Assembly: GCA_965214935.1 (NCBI GenBank) | Contig: CBDCCS010000014.1 | Coordinates: forward strand, 32,001 to 96,000 | Direction: 5' to 3' | Length of the DNA stretch: 64,000 nt | Source: Candidatus Velthaea sp. | GTDB lineage: Bacteria; Vulcanimicrobiota; Vulcanimicrobiia; Vulcanimicrobiales; Vulcanimicrobiaceae | In this document: piece by piece, positions 1-9,544 of the stretch | Layout: each line of letters starts with the position of its first letter | How positions within the stretch are numbered: position 1 is the stretch's first letter | Program-made: the position numbers and the translations under genes | Notes under the pieces: generated by a model | The model's input: the letters and a program-made list of their open reading frames with translations, nothing else | What the model was told of the DNA's origin: nothing | The model's database searches: none

Positions 1-138
1 TCTGCAGACTCCCCTCGCTCGGCAAACGAGCGTTATTGATTTGGCCAAAGATGGCTCCTGAGATTTGGTTAAGAACGCCGACGTGGCCGGGACGCCGCTG
101 AGCGCCGGCAATTTTTCTCGTTTCTGAGGAGATCTTTT

Positions 139-3024
139 TTGTTAGACTACCGGCGTAGCACTAGCGCTCGTGCGCTGCTAGCCCTCGTCTTGGCTTTGAC
201 GACGACGGCCGGAGCAGGGGCACAAACGCTACCTGCCCCCGCACCGGCTCCGGCCGATGCAACGGCTTCACCCGCGCCGGCCGGCGCGCCGTCCGCCTCA
301 ACGACCGTTCTGCAAGGTTCGGTTCGCGGCTCGTCCGGACTTCCGATTGCGGGCGCTGCAGTGACGATTAGCGGTGCGACGACCGCTACGGCTACGAGCG
401 ATGCCGGCGGCACCTTTACCCTTACGGTCCCGCAGGGTATCTACACGGTACAAGTCGCGCATAACGGCTACAATGCGGCGATCGTGTCGAACATCGTTGC
501 CGTCGGCGGAACGTCGGTGCCGGTCAGCGTGACGTTAACGCAGGCCGACCTCTCGTCGCTGCGGACGATCGGCACCGTCACGTCGACCGCCCGCGGCGGC
601 AGCGCGATCAATACCGGCGCGGCGTCATCGTCATTCGTACCGGCGCAAGCCTTCGTCAATGTCGCGAACCCGCAGATCAACGACGTGTTGCAGCGCGTGC
701 CGGATATCACGCTGCAGCACATGGGCAGTCAGCCCGACGTATCGATCGTGCTCGGCGGCGTACAGCCGTACGAAACGCAAATACTTATCGACGGTCATCC
801 GCTCGCGTTAGGTCAATTCGGCGTGTGGACCAGCCAGTATTTTCCGTCGTATCTCATCGGCGGTGTCGAGACGCAATCCGGTGTCGGTAACACGACCCCG
901 TTTGCCAACATTGCCGTCGGTGGAACCGTCAATCTCTTAACGCCGAGCTTTACATCACGCCCGACCGCTGAGATTACGTACGGTGTCGACAACTATTCGT
1001 CGCAATACACGAACTTCTTAGCAACCGGCGCCGCCGGCAAGCTTCAATACGTCGTCGGTACCGGCGTCGGGAGTTTGAACGGCCCATATTACGAGACAAA
1101 TCAGTGTGTGATCTCGCCCGACGCCGGCGGCAGTCTGGATAACAAACCCGGTAACAAGGGCGTCATTCAATACTGCGGCGACGCGAGCGGTTCGTTCTTC
1201 AGTAAGGGTGAACTCGGAAAGCTGCGCTATAACTTCTCGCAAGCGACCTCGCTCGATGTTGGTTTTACCGGCGCGTGGGGCGGCTATCAGCCGCAGGGAA
1301 CAGCTTGGGGCACCTACCTTGGTGCCACGACAATCGAACCTTGCTTAGCGAGCGATCCGAACCGGTGCACCAATCCGGCAAATGCCAGCCTCATCGGCAA
1401 AACCATCAACGCCTACGGCTGGTATACCGGTTCGTCCGTCTATAACAACCAATGGCTCTACGACGCTCAGTTACGCACCACGGTCGGCAACAACACGGTC
1501 CTCGTACGGCCGTATATCGGTGATATCGAACCTGAAGTCATTACCGGCGGCCAAATTCAAGCTTCGTATCCGTCCTTTTTCGGTCCGCTGCCCGGCGCGG
1601 CGAATTACGCTGCGCCGACATTTGCAGCCGGAACCGCGATTCCGTCGACATTTAATTTCGGCGCCGCCGGCACGCCGTTCGAGAAGAGTTGCGCTAACAA
1701 TTTTAGTAACGTTGCGAGCGTCGCCGGCACATCCGTCGTTGCGCCCAACGGACAACAAGAATGCTTCGGGTCGGCGTATCAAACGTACGAACAAGATAAA
1801 TTGTACGGCACGACGATCTCATTCTTGCACCCGTTCGGCGAGAACGTCTTGGGCTTGAACTATGACTTTCACGGTCAAAGCACGTTTGCGTATATCAACT
1901 CGCCCGCCGGTGTCTCCGTGCCGTTTTCGACCGATCGCTATTCGACGTTTTCACTGACCGGAAGCTTCGGCTTAGTGCGAAACCTCAATCTCGGGCTCGG
2001 CTTGTACGATACGCGCTGGACCGTTGCCGGCGTGCAGCCGTTGTTGAGTGCGACCGGTCAGCCCGTGACGGATGCCGGCGGCAATGCGGTTCTCACGGGC
2101 CTTGGGCGCGGCGTTTCGCGCTTCGATCCGCACTTCGCATTCACGTTTCGGCCGAACGGCGATGTGTCGTATCGTGCGGCGTTCGGCAGTTCGGCGACTT
2201 TTCCGTACGTCGGCCAAGTCAGCGGTCTGGCAACCTATCAGCAACCGGCAGCGTCGCTCGGCCCGCCGTATCAGCTCGGCGGTACGCTGACGGAAAAGAA
2301 TCCGAATCTCGCACCGGAAGTGAGTATCTCGTACAATGTGGGCGTCGATAAGCGCTTCGGCCGTGCATCGGTGCTGAGCTTCGACCTTGCCGACACGATC
2401 ATTCACAATGTTTTCGAGTCGCTCACCACCAGCGTTCCACTCAACGGCGGGCTCGAAGGTATTTTCTCCCCGGTCAACGTTGCGCGTTTGCACTCGGAAT
2501 TAGCTACGGTGCGTTATGCGTATACACCACGCGTCGGTATCGGCGTCAATGCCTCGGTCGCGGCGAACCGCTCGATTCTCGACGGATTACCGCCCGGCTT
2601 CAGCGGGCCACCGACAAACGGCGTCCAAATCTGCGGTAACGGTGTTGCTGCGCCCGGCATCGCGACTTGCTTGCCGTATCTTAAGGGTTACGGTCAGCTC
2701 AACTATACCGCACGCGGCGGCACGTTCATCGGCTTGGGCGTCGAGTACGAAGGCAAGAATAACAGCTACTTCCAGCCGCCGCTCGCGCTCGTCGACTTCA
2801 CGTTTCGCCGATCGGTGACGCGCAATGTCGAGATGCTCGTCGGCGTCGAGAATCTACTCAACACGAACGTCTTTTCAAACGCCTCGAATCTTGCATCGCC
2901 CAACGCCGGAACGCCGATCGCGGCCGGTCAGCCTGACGGTACCGTGCAGTCTTTCGTTCCGACACTCGTCTCGGCACCTGCCCGTACGGTCCGCGTTCAA
3001 ATCCGTCTCCATACCGGACGTTAA
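139..3024 (+). CDS. TonB-dependent receptor with N-terminal carboxypeptidase-regulatory-like domain
   Basis: Signal peptide; GxVxxxxGxPIAGAAV carboxypeptidase-regulatory-like domain; plug motifs (LQRVPDI, ILIDGHP, GGTVNL); barrel motif NPNLAPE and C-terminal GVENLLN...PARTVRV. Confidence 0.85.
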   Translation: MLDYRRSTSARALLALVLALTTTAGAGAQTLPAPAPAPADATASPAPAGAPSASTTVLQGSVRGSSGLPIAGAAVTISGATTATATSDAGGTFTLTVPQGIYTVQVAHNGYNAAIVSNIVAVGGTSVPVSVTLTQADLSSLRTIGTVTSTARGGSAINTGAASSSFVPAQAFVNVANPQINDVLQRVPDITLQHMGSQPDVSIVLGGVQPYETQILIDGHPLALGQFGVWTSQYFPSYLIGGVETQSGVGNTTPFANIAVGGTVNLLTPSFTSRPTAEITYGVDNYSSQYTNFLATGAAGKLQYVVGTGVGSLNGPYYETNQCVISPDAGGSLDNKPGNKGVIQYCGDASGSFFSKGELGKLRYNFSQATSLDVGFTGAWGGYQPQGTAWGTYLGATTIEPCLASDPNRCTNPANASLIGKTINAYGWYTGSSVYNNQWLYDAQLRTTVGNNTVLVRPYIGDIEPEVITGGQIQASYPSFFGPLPGAANYAAPTFAAGTAIPSTFNFGAAGTPFEKSCANNFSNVASVAGTSVVAPNGQQECFGSAYQTYEQDKLYGTTISFLHPFGENVLGLNYDFHGQSTFAYINSPAGVSVPFSTDRYSTFSLTGSFGLVRNLNLGLGLYDTRWTVAGVQPLLSATGQPVTDAGGNAVLTGLGRGVSRFDPHFAFTFRPNGDVSYRAAFGSSATFPYVGQVSGLATYQQPAASLGPPYQLGGTLTEKNPNLAPEVSISYNVGVDKRFGRASVLSFDLADTIIHNVFESLTTSVPLNGGLEGIFSPVNVARLHSELATVRYAYTPRVGIGVNASVAANRSILDGLPPGFSGPPTNGVQICGNGVAAPGIATCLPYLKGYGQLNYTARGGTFIGLGVEYEGKNNSYFQPPLALVDFTFRRSVTRNVEMLVGVENLLNTNVFSNASNLASPNAGTPIAAGQPDGTVQSFVPTLVSAPARTVRVQIRLHTGR

Positions 3025-3052
3025 TTCCAACCGCATCTTCGCAACGAATGAC

Positions 3053-3082
3053 GAGGCCTCGTGCTACGGCGCGGGGCTTTGT
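3053..3082 (+). terminator. Stem-loop after TBDR (weak terminator or mRNA stabiliser)
   Basis: GAGGCCTCGTGC-TACG-GCGCGGGGCTTT pairs with G-U wobbles and a C(UACG)G tetraloop. Confidence 0.5.
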
Positions 3083-3101
3083 TCATGAAAGGCCGACGCC
3101 G

Positions 3102-4664
3102 ATGAAAACCAACAGTGCAACCCGGTTGCTTGCAACGATCGCGCTGCTCGCGCTATCGACCGCGCCAACCACCGCAGCGCAGAGCCTCGCACCGCCGACA
3201 CCGTTGATGCGCACCACAACGTATCTGCAGACGGTCGCGGCCGATACTTCGTCCGGTCCGACCCGGTTGACCGAGTTCTTAAACGACATCCCGAAAGGCG
3301 GCGACCTGCACCACCACTTGAGCGGTGCGGTGTATGCCGAGAGCTACATCAATTATGCGGCCGAGGACGGCGATTGCTTCGACGCGACCTTCACGATCGT
3401 GCCGCCGCCCTGCGACATTGCGAAAGGCCGTTCACCGGCCGCTCGCGCGCAAACCGACTATGCGTTTCGCAATCAAACGATCGATGCGCTTTCGGCCCGA
3501 AACTTCGCGCCGACGACCGGCGACCCCAGTATCCTCGTCCACTTCTTCAAGACGTTCTTTAAATTTGATCTAGTCGTCAATCGTCATTGGGGCGAAGAAC
3601 TCGCCGAGGTGGCGCACCGGGCGGCGATCCAGCACGAGATTTACCTCGAAACGATCCTCGGTGTCGATAAGGGCGCGTCGATCGATCTCGGCGACAAGGT
3701 CGGCTGGAACGATAACTTCGATACGATGCGTCACGCTCTCGATGCCGCGGGCATGCCGCGAATCGTCGCGCAAGCGCGACGCGATCTTGACGCCGGCGAA
3801 CGCGATATGCGCAAAATCTTGCGTTGCGATTCGTCAAGTCCCGATCCCGGCTGCGACGTTACGCTGCGCTACCAGCATTTCGTGTTGCGCGCGTTTCCCA
3901 AAGCGCAAGCGTTCGCACAGATGCAAGCCGGCTTCGAGATTGCCGCCGCCGACCCGCGTGTGGTGTCGATCAATCCCGTTCAGCCGCAGGAAGATTATAT
4001 TCCACTCAAAGATTTCGAGCTGCAACTGCGGATGTTCGGCTACTTCCACCGGTTGTATCCCAACATTCATTTGAGCATGCATGCCGGTGAATTGTTTCTC
4101 GGGGTAACGCGGCCTGAAGAGATGTACGACACGGCGCACATTCGCGATACGATCGATATCGGTCACGCCGAGCGCATCGGTCACGGCCTCGACGTCTTGT
4201 CGGAACCCGATCCGCAAGGACTGCTGGCCGAAATGGCGCGCAAACACATCCTCGTCGAAGATCCGATCTATATCCACGAGCTGATCGGCCCGGGCGTCGT
4301 CGGCAGCGACGTTCTGCCCATCTATCTCAATGCCGGCGTGCCGGTGTCGTTGGCAACCGACGACGAAGGCGGAGCGCGCTCGGACATGACGCAGACGTTT
4401 CGTCGCGCGGTCGAGGGTTACCACATCGGGTATCCGATGCTTAAAACGCTGGTCCGCGACAGTCTCGAGCATGCGTTCGTGCCGGGAGCCGAACTGTGGG
4501 CAGCACCGGAGAATTTCATCTTGATGAGCCCGGCTTGCGCCGGACAAGCCCTCCAGGAAGTGCCCGGCGCCGCAGCATGTCGGGCTTTACTCGCAACGAG
4601 CGAAAAGGCCCGGCTTGAGTGGAGGGAAGAGGTCGCGTTCGCACGGTTTGAAAGTCGTTTCTGA
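3102..4664 (+). CDS. Secreted adenosine/adenine deaminase family protein
   Basis: PKGGDLHHHLSG, MHAGE, RIGHG and LATDD amidohydrolase motifs; signal peptide from ATG 3102. Confidence 0.85.
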   Translation: MKTNSATRLLATIALLALSTAPTTAAQSLAPPTPLMRTTTYLQTVAADTSSGPTRLTEFLNDIPKGGDLHHHLSGAVYAESYINYAAEDGDCFDATFTIVPPPCDIAKGRSPAARAQTDYAFRNQTIDALSARNFAPTTGDPSILVHFFKTFFKFDLVVNRHWGEELAEVAHRAAIQHEIYLETILGVDKGASIDLGDKVGWNDNFDTMRHALDAAGMPRIVAQARRDLDAGERDMRKILRCDSSSPDPGCDVTLRYQHFVLRAFPKAQAFAQMQAGFEIAAADPRVVSINPVQPQEDYIPLKDFELQLRMFGYFHRLYPNIHLSMHAGELFLGVTRPEEMYDTAHIRDTIDIGHAERIGHGLDVLSEPDPQGLLAEMARKHILVEDPIYIHELIGPGVVGSDVLPIYLNAGVPVSLATDDEGGARSDMTQTFRRAVEGYHIGYPMLKTLVRDSLEHAFVPGAELWAAPENFILMSPACAGQALQEVPGAAACRALLATSEKARLEWREEVAFARFESRF

Positions 4665-5671
4665 CGACGCGGCATGCTCTGGTATGCGGGCTGACTGCTG
4701 CGCTCGCAGCTTGCGCGAAGCCGCGTCGCCCGTCGGCTCGCTTACGGATGGGAATGGTCACGGATCTCGGCGGTCTTGGTGACCGGTCGTTCAACGATTC
4801 GGCAAATGCCGGTTTGCAGTTAGCGCAGCAGCGCTTGCACGTTGCGACGGTCGTTCTTCAATCTCGTTCGGTCGCCGATTACCAACTCAATATGATCGCG
4901 CTGGCGAACGAAGACGTCGACGAACTCTTTTGCATCGGCTACGATCAAGCACTCGACTTGGCCGATGTTGCGCGGCGATTCCGGCACCGGCACTTCGCAA
5001 TCATCGATGGTTTCGTCGACGTACCGAACGTGACGTCGGTCGGCTTTCGCGAGCAAGAAGGCTCGTTTCTGGCCGGTGCGCTCGCCGCATTAACGACGCG
5101 GACGCGGATTATCGGTTTCTTGGGCGGCGTCGACGTTCCGATCATTCAACGCTTCGAGGCCGGGTTCACCGCGGGCGCGCGCCAGGTCGATGCGCGCGTC
5201 AACGTGCTCGTCAAATATGCCGGCTCGTTTGAGGACGTTCCGGCGGGCAGCGAACTTGCTGCAACGCTGTTCGATCAGCGCGCCGACATCGTTTATGCTG
5301 CGGCGGGCAAAGCCGGGCTCGGTGCGATCGATCGTGCGCGCACGCGCGAGAACGCGTTTATCATCGGCGTCGATAGCGATCAAGACGGGCTTGCTCCCGG
5401 TAAAATCCTCACCAGCGTGCTCAAACGAATCGATGTCAGCGTGTTCCGGCTGTGCAAGATCGCCGTCGACGGCCACCCGCGCCCGCACCGCCTAACGCTC
5501 GGACTTCGCGAAAACGGCGTCGGCTTGACCGCGTTCCGCTATACGCGTACGGTAGTCGGGCCGGCCACGGTCGAGCGGCTCGCGCGCATACGCGCCGCAA
5601 TCGTCAACGGAAAAATAGACGTGCCGCAAACTCGTGCCGCCGCCGCTACTTATCACGCCGTATCGCTCTAA
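4661..5671 (+). CDS. BMP-family (purine nucleoside-binding) lipoprotein
   Basis: GGLGDRSFN, EQEGSFLAG and IGVDSDQ BMP motifs; lipobox LAAC lies upstream of ATG 4748, implying a CTG start at 4661. Confidence 0.85.
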   Translation: MTTRHALVCGLTAALAACAKPRRPSARLRMGMVTDLGGLGDRSFNDSANAGLQLAQQRLHVATVVLQSRSVADYQLNMIALANEDVDELFCIGYDQALDLADVARRFRHRHFAIIDGFVDVPNVTSVGFREQEGSFLAGALAALTTRTRIIGFLGGVDVPIIQRFEAGFTAGARQVDARVNVLVKYAGSFEDVPAGSELAATLFDQRADIVYAAAGKAGLGAIDRARTRENAFIIGVDSDQDGLAPGKILTSVLKRIDVSVFRLCKIAVDGHPRPHRLTLGLRENGVGLTAFRYTRTVVGPATVERLARIRAAIVNGKIDVPQTRAAAATYHAVSL

Positions 5672-5723
5672 AGCGCCAAACGCCGACGCTCGCTCGCTTT
5701 TGTTGCTTGCCGGAGAACCTTGC

Positions 5724-6674
5724 ATGTCTGTTCCCATCATCGATCTTGCATCACTGCGCGAGCCTGCTGCAGCGGGGCATACGAAGGTCGCGCGAGCGAT
5801 CGGCGCAGCGGCTCGCGACATCGGTTTCTTCGCGGTCACCGGTCATGGCGTACCGGACGATATCATTACCGGCGTCTTTCATGCGGCCCAGACGTTCTTC
5901 GCGTTGCCGCCGGAGCGCAAAGCGCTCGTCGGGATCGAACGCTCGACTCAGTATCTAGGTTATGCCGCCCTCGCATCGGAACGCCTCGATCCAAGCCGGC
6001 CCGGCGATGCGAAAGAATCCTTTAATATGGGCCGCGAGATTCGTGCCGACGATCCGGACTACATCGCCGGAACGCCGTTCGTCGGCCTCAATCAGTGGCC
6101 GGATGTACCGGGCTTTCGGCCGGCGTTACTCGCCTATTACTCGGCATTGCAGAAGCTCGCAATGCTTTTGCATGGTGCGATTGCGCTCGACCTCGCCCTC
6201 GATGCCGAGTTTTTTTCAGCCGCCTTCACGCGGCCACTTTCGGCACTGCGTCTGCTGCACTATCCGCCGCATCCCGGCAGCTTTGACGGCAGCCGTTACG
6301 GCGCCGGACCGCATACCGATTACGGTAATATCACCTTACTCGCACAAGACGGCAACGGCGGCCTCGAAGTGCGAACGCGCGCCGGCGAATGGGTTGGCGT
6401 CATGCCGATCGCCGGAACGTTCGTCTGCAATATCGGCGATGCATTGATGCGCTGGAGCAACGACGTGTATGTCTCGAATCCGCATCGTGTCGTCAATCGA
6501 TCCGGCAACGAGCGTTATTCCGTCGCCTTTTTCAGCGAGCCGAATGCCGATGCCGTCGTCGCATGTTTGCCCGAATGCAGCAGCCCGGACAATCCACCGA
6601 AATACGCGCCGATTGCGTTTGCCGATTATCTTCGTTCGCGGATCGAACCGACGTATCGCGCTATCCAAATGTAG
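5724..6674 (+). CDS. 2OG-Fe(II) oxygenase, IPNS/DIOX-like
   Basis: PIIDL, GFFAVTGHGV, HTD...H facial triad and RYS 2OG-binding motif; GGAG RBS before ATG 5724. Confidence 0.9.
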   Translation: MSVPIIDLASLREPAAAGHTKVARAIGAAARDIGFFAVTGHGVPDDIITGVFHAAQTFFALPPERKALVGIERSTQYLGYAALASERLDPSRPGDAKESFNMGREIRADDPDYIAGTPFVGLNQWPDVPGFRPALLAYYSALQKLAMLLHGAIALDLALDAEFFSAAFTRPLSALRLLHYPPHPGSFDGSRYGAGPHTDYGNITLLAQDGNGGLEVRTRAGEWVGVMPIAGTFVCNIGDALMRWSNDVYVSNPHRVVNRSGNERYSVAFFSEPNADAVVACLPECSSPDNPPKYAPIAFADYLRSRIEPTYRAIQM

Positions 6675-6688
6675 ATTGACCCTACCGC

Positions 6689-9544
6689 TTGCGCGCAATT
6701 ACGATGCGGGCAATGTGGGCTACATTAACGCTGCGATCGATCGCCGGCGCATTTATCGTTCTCTTTGCCACGTCGGCGGCATTTGCCGACGACGGCACGG
6801 CCGCTGCCGCGCAAGTGCAGTCATCGACGATTAGCGGTACGCTGCGAACGCCGGCCGGTGCGGCGGTCGGCGGTGCAACCGTGACGGCGACCGGGCCGAC
6901 ACGCGTAACGGCGACGAGCGATCCGACCGGCGCGTTCAATCTTGCCGTGTCGCCCGGATTGTACCGCGTTGTCGTCACAAAGCCCGGCTATACCACCGCC
7001 TCGACGAGCGACGTCGTCATCACCGCCGGCACGACGACGCCGCTCAGCGTCGTGATCGGCGAGCAGAATCTGACCACGTTGCGGACCATTGGTTCGGTGA
7101 CGACGTCAGGTCGCGCGGGTGCAACGATCAATACCGGAGCAGCGACGCAGTCGTTTGTTTCGGGACAAGAATTCGCGCAAGTCGCTAATCCGCAAGTCAA
7201 CGACGTGTTGCAGCGCATTCCCGACGTGGTCGTGCAAAAGCTCGGCACGCAAGCCGACACGTCGATCGTCGTCGGCGGACTGCAGCCGTATGAAACGCAA
7301 GTGCTCATCGACGGTCATCCCATTGCGCTGGGTCAATACGGCGTTTGGCTCAGCCAGTACTTTCCGTCTTTTCTCATCGGCGGCGTGGAAACTCAATCGG
7401 GACCGGGCAACACGACGCCGTTTGCCAACATTGCCGTCGGCGGAACCGTCAATCTCGGCACGATCGATTTCACCAAGCGTCAAACGGCGGAACTCACGAC
7501 CGGCATCGATACCTTCGGTTCGCAGTATAGCGATGCGATCGTTACCGGTTCGGTTAAGAAATTTGATTACGTCGTCGGGCTCGGCACGGCCGGCAACAAC
7601 GGTTATTATTACGGCAAGACCGCCTGCGATATGTACATTTCCGATGGCTTCAATCAAAACACGCCGACGTCGGCCGGGATCATCTCTTTTTGCAGTGATT
7701 TTAGCGGTTCGCTCGTCACGCACGGGCAGCTGTACAAATTGCGCTACGATTTTACGCCGAGCACCTCGCTCGACGTCAATTTTCTCGGTTCGTACGGCGG
7801 TTACTCGCCGCAGGGCTCGGCATGGGGCGCTTCATACGGACCGTCGCTCGTCGAGAAGTGCATTCCAACCACGCAGCTCTGCACCAATCCGAACGACGCT
7901 TATCTCATCGGAAAAACCGTCAACGCCTACTACTGGTTCCCCGGAACGAACATCACGAACGTGCAGCAGCTGTTCTCGGGCCAATTACGCTCGGCGATCG
8001 GCACGAACACGCTGCTCGTCCGCCCGTACATCGGCACGATTACGCCCGAAACCTATAACGGCACGGGCGAGGGTGAGTATCCGGCATTCTTCGGTCCGGC
8101 CCCGGGCGACCCGAACTATCCCGGACCGCAGTCGATCGCGCCCGGCACGCAAATACCGGCGGCCGGCTTAGCCGCTCCGAATACGTTTGAAAGCGCGACC
8201 TGTCCGGTCGGTACGATTTTCTCTTTCAATCAAATTAATAGTACGAAGAACACAATTAACTCGGTCAACGGCCAAGAGACGTGCTATCAGTATCCGTACA
8301 GCACTTCGGAGATCGATAAGCTTTACGGCTCGACGTTCTCGCTGATCCATCCGGTCGGCACGGGCTTCATCGATCTGACCTACGACTATCACGGACAGAG
8401 CACATTTGCGTATGCGAATGCTCCCACCAACGTCCAAGTACCATTTTCGTCGACGCGCTACTCGACATTTTCGCTGACCGGGACGCTCAAGCCGATCGAG
8501 CCGTTGGCGATTAATTTCGGTTTATATCAAACCCAGTGGACGGCAGCGGGTGCAACCCCCGTCCTCGACGCGACCGGTGTCGCCGTAACCGATTCGTCCG
8601 GCAACATCGTCAATACCGGCCTGCAGCGTTCGGTCTCGCGGTTCGATCCGCATATTGCCTTCGCGTACCGGGCTTCCGCCGATTGGGCGGTGCGCGCCGC
8701 CGCCGGTACATCCGAAACGTTTCCGTTCATCGGCGACGTCAGCGGCCCGCAGGCGGTGCAGCCGCCGGCGTTCTTATACACGGCCGGTATCATCACGCTT
8801 AAAAACCCGAATCTGCAGCCGGAATATTCCAGCGCATATAGTCTGGGGTTCGATCACCGTTTTGCCAATCGTTCCGTCCTGAGTCTCGATCTGCAAGACT
8901 CGACGGTTCATAACGTCTTTCAGCAACTCGCGACGCAGCAAACGACGGCTGCCGGCGTGCTCGGTATTTTTAAGCCGATCAACGTCGCGCGGCTGCAAGC
9001 GAAACTCGCGACCCTCAAGTATGTCTACGCGCCGCGGCGCGGTTTCGGCTTCAACGCCGCCGCAACGGCGGATAGTTCGATTCTCTCGGGCATTCCGGCA
9101 ACCGCCTACACCGGCACGCCGGCACTGCCGGCGAACAACGTGCAAGTCTGCGGCAACGCTGCATTCACTCCGGGCCTCGCGACGTGCGATCCGTACCTCA
9201 AGGGCTACGGGCAAGTCAACTACACGTTCCACGACGGCACGTTTTTGAGTTTCGGGGTTGATTACGAAGGCAAGAACAATGCCTACTATCAACCGCCGTT
9301 TGCCATCGCCGATATGGCGTTGCGCATCCCCGTTTCGCGCACGTTCGACTTCAATCTATCGGTTGAAAATCTTTTCAATAATAACACGTTCGATTATTTG
9401 CCCGCACCGAATGCGGGTGTTCCGGCAGTCGGCGATTACCAAGCCGCCGATGGATCGATCCAACAAGCGTCGTATTCGACGTACCGCATACCGGCCGTGA
9501 CGCGGACGTTGCGGCTTTCCGTCCGCGCGCACGTCGGCCGATGA
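6689..9544 (+). CDS. TonB-dependent receptor, paralog of 139-3024
   Basis: Same architecture with long shared blocks (QPYETQxLIDGHP, NTTPFANIAVGGTVNL, YLKGYGQ, YEGKNN); start could be 6704 or 6713. Confidence 0.85.
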   Translation: MRAITMRAMWATLTLRSIAGAFIVLFATSAAFADDGTAAAAQVQSSTISGTLRTPAGAAVGGATVTATGPTRVTATSDPTGAFNLAVSPGLYRVVVTKPGYTTASTSDVVITAGTTTPLSVVIGEQNLTTLRTIGSVTTSGRAGATINTGAATQSFVSGQEFAQVANPQVNDVLQRIPDVVVQKLGTQADTSIVVGGLQPYETQVLIDGHPIALGQYGVWLSQYFPSFLIGGVETQSGPGNTTPFANIAVGGTVNLGTIDFTKRQTAELTTGIDTFGSQYSDAIVTGSVKKFDYVVGLGTAGNNGYYYGKTACDMYISDGFNQNTPTSAGIISFCSDFSGSLVTHGQLYKLRYDFTPSTSLDVNFLGSYGGYSPQGSAWGASYGPSLVEKCIPTTQLCTNPNDAYLIGKTVNAYYWFPGTNITNVQQLFSGQLRSAIGTNTLLVRPYIGTITPETYNGTGEGEYPAFFGPAPGDPNYPGPQSIAPGTQIPAAGLAAPNTFESATCPVGTIFSFNQINSTKNTINSVNGQETCYQYPYSTSEIDKLYGSTFSLIHPVGTGFIDLTYDYHGQSTFAYANAPTNVQVPFSSTRYSTFSLTGTLKPIEPLAINFGLYQTQWTAAGATPVLDATGVAVTDSSGNIVNTGLQRSVSRFDPHIAFAYRASADWAVRAAAGTSETFPFIGDVSGPQAVQPPAFLYTAGIITLKNPNLQPEYSSAYSLGFDHRFANRSVLSLDLQDSTVHNVFQQLATQQTTAAGVLGIFKPINVARLQAKLATLKYVYAPRRGFGFNAAATADSSILSGIPATAYTGTPALPANNVQVCGNAAFTPGLATCDPYLKGYGQVNYTFHDGTFLSFGVDYEGKNNAYYQPPFAIADMALRIPVSRTFDFNLSVENLFNNNTFDYLPAPNAGVPAVGDYQAADGSIQQASYSTYRIPAVTRTLRLSVRAHVGR

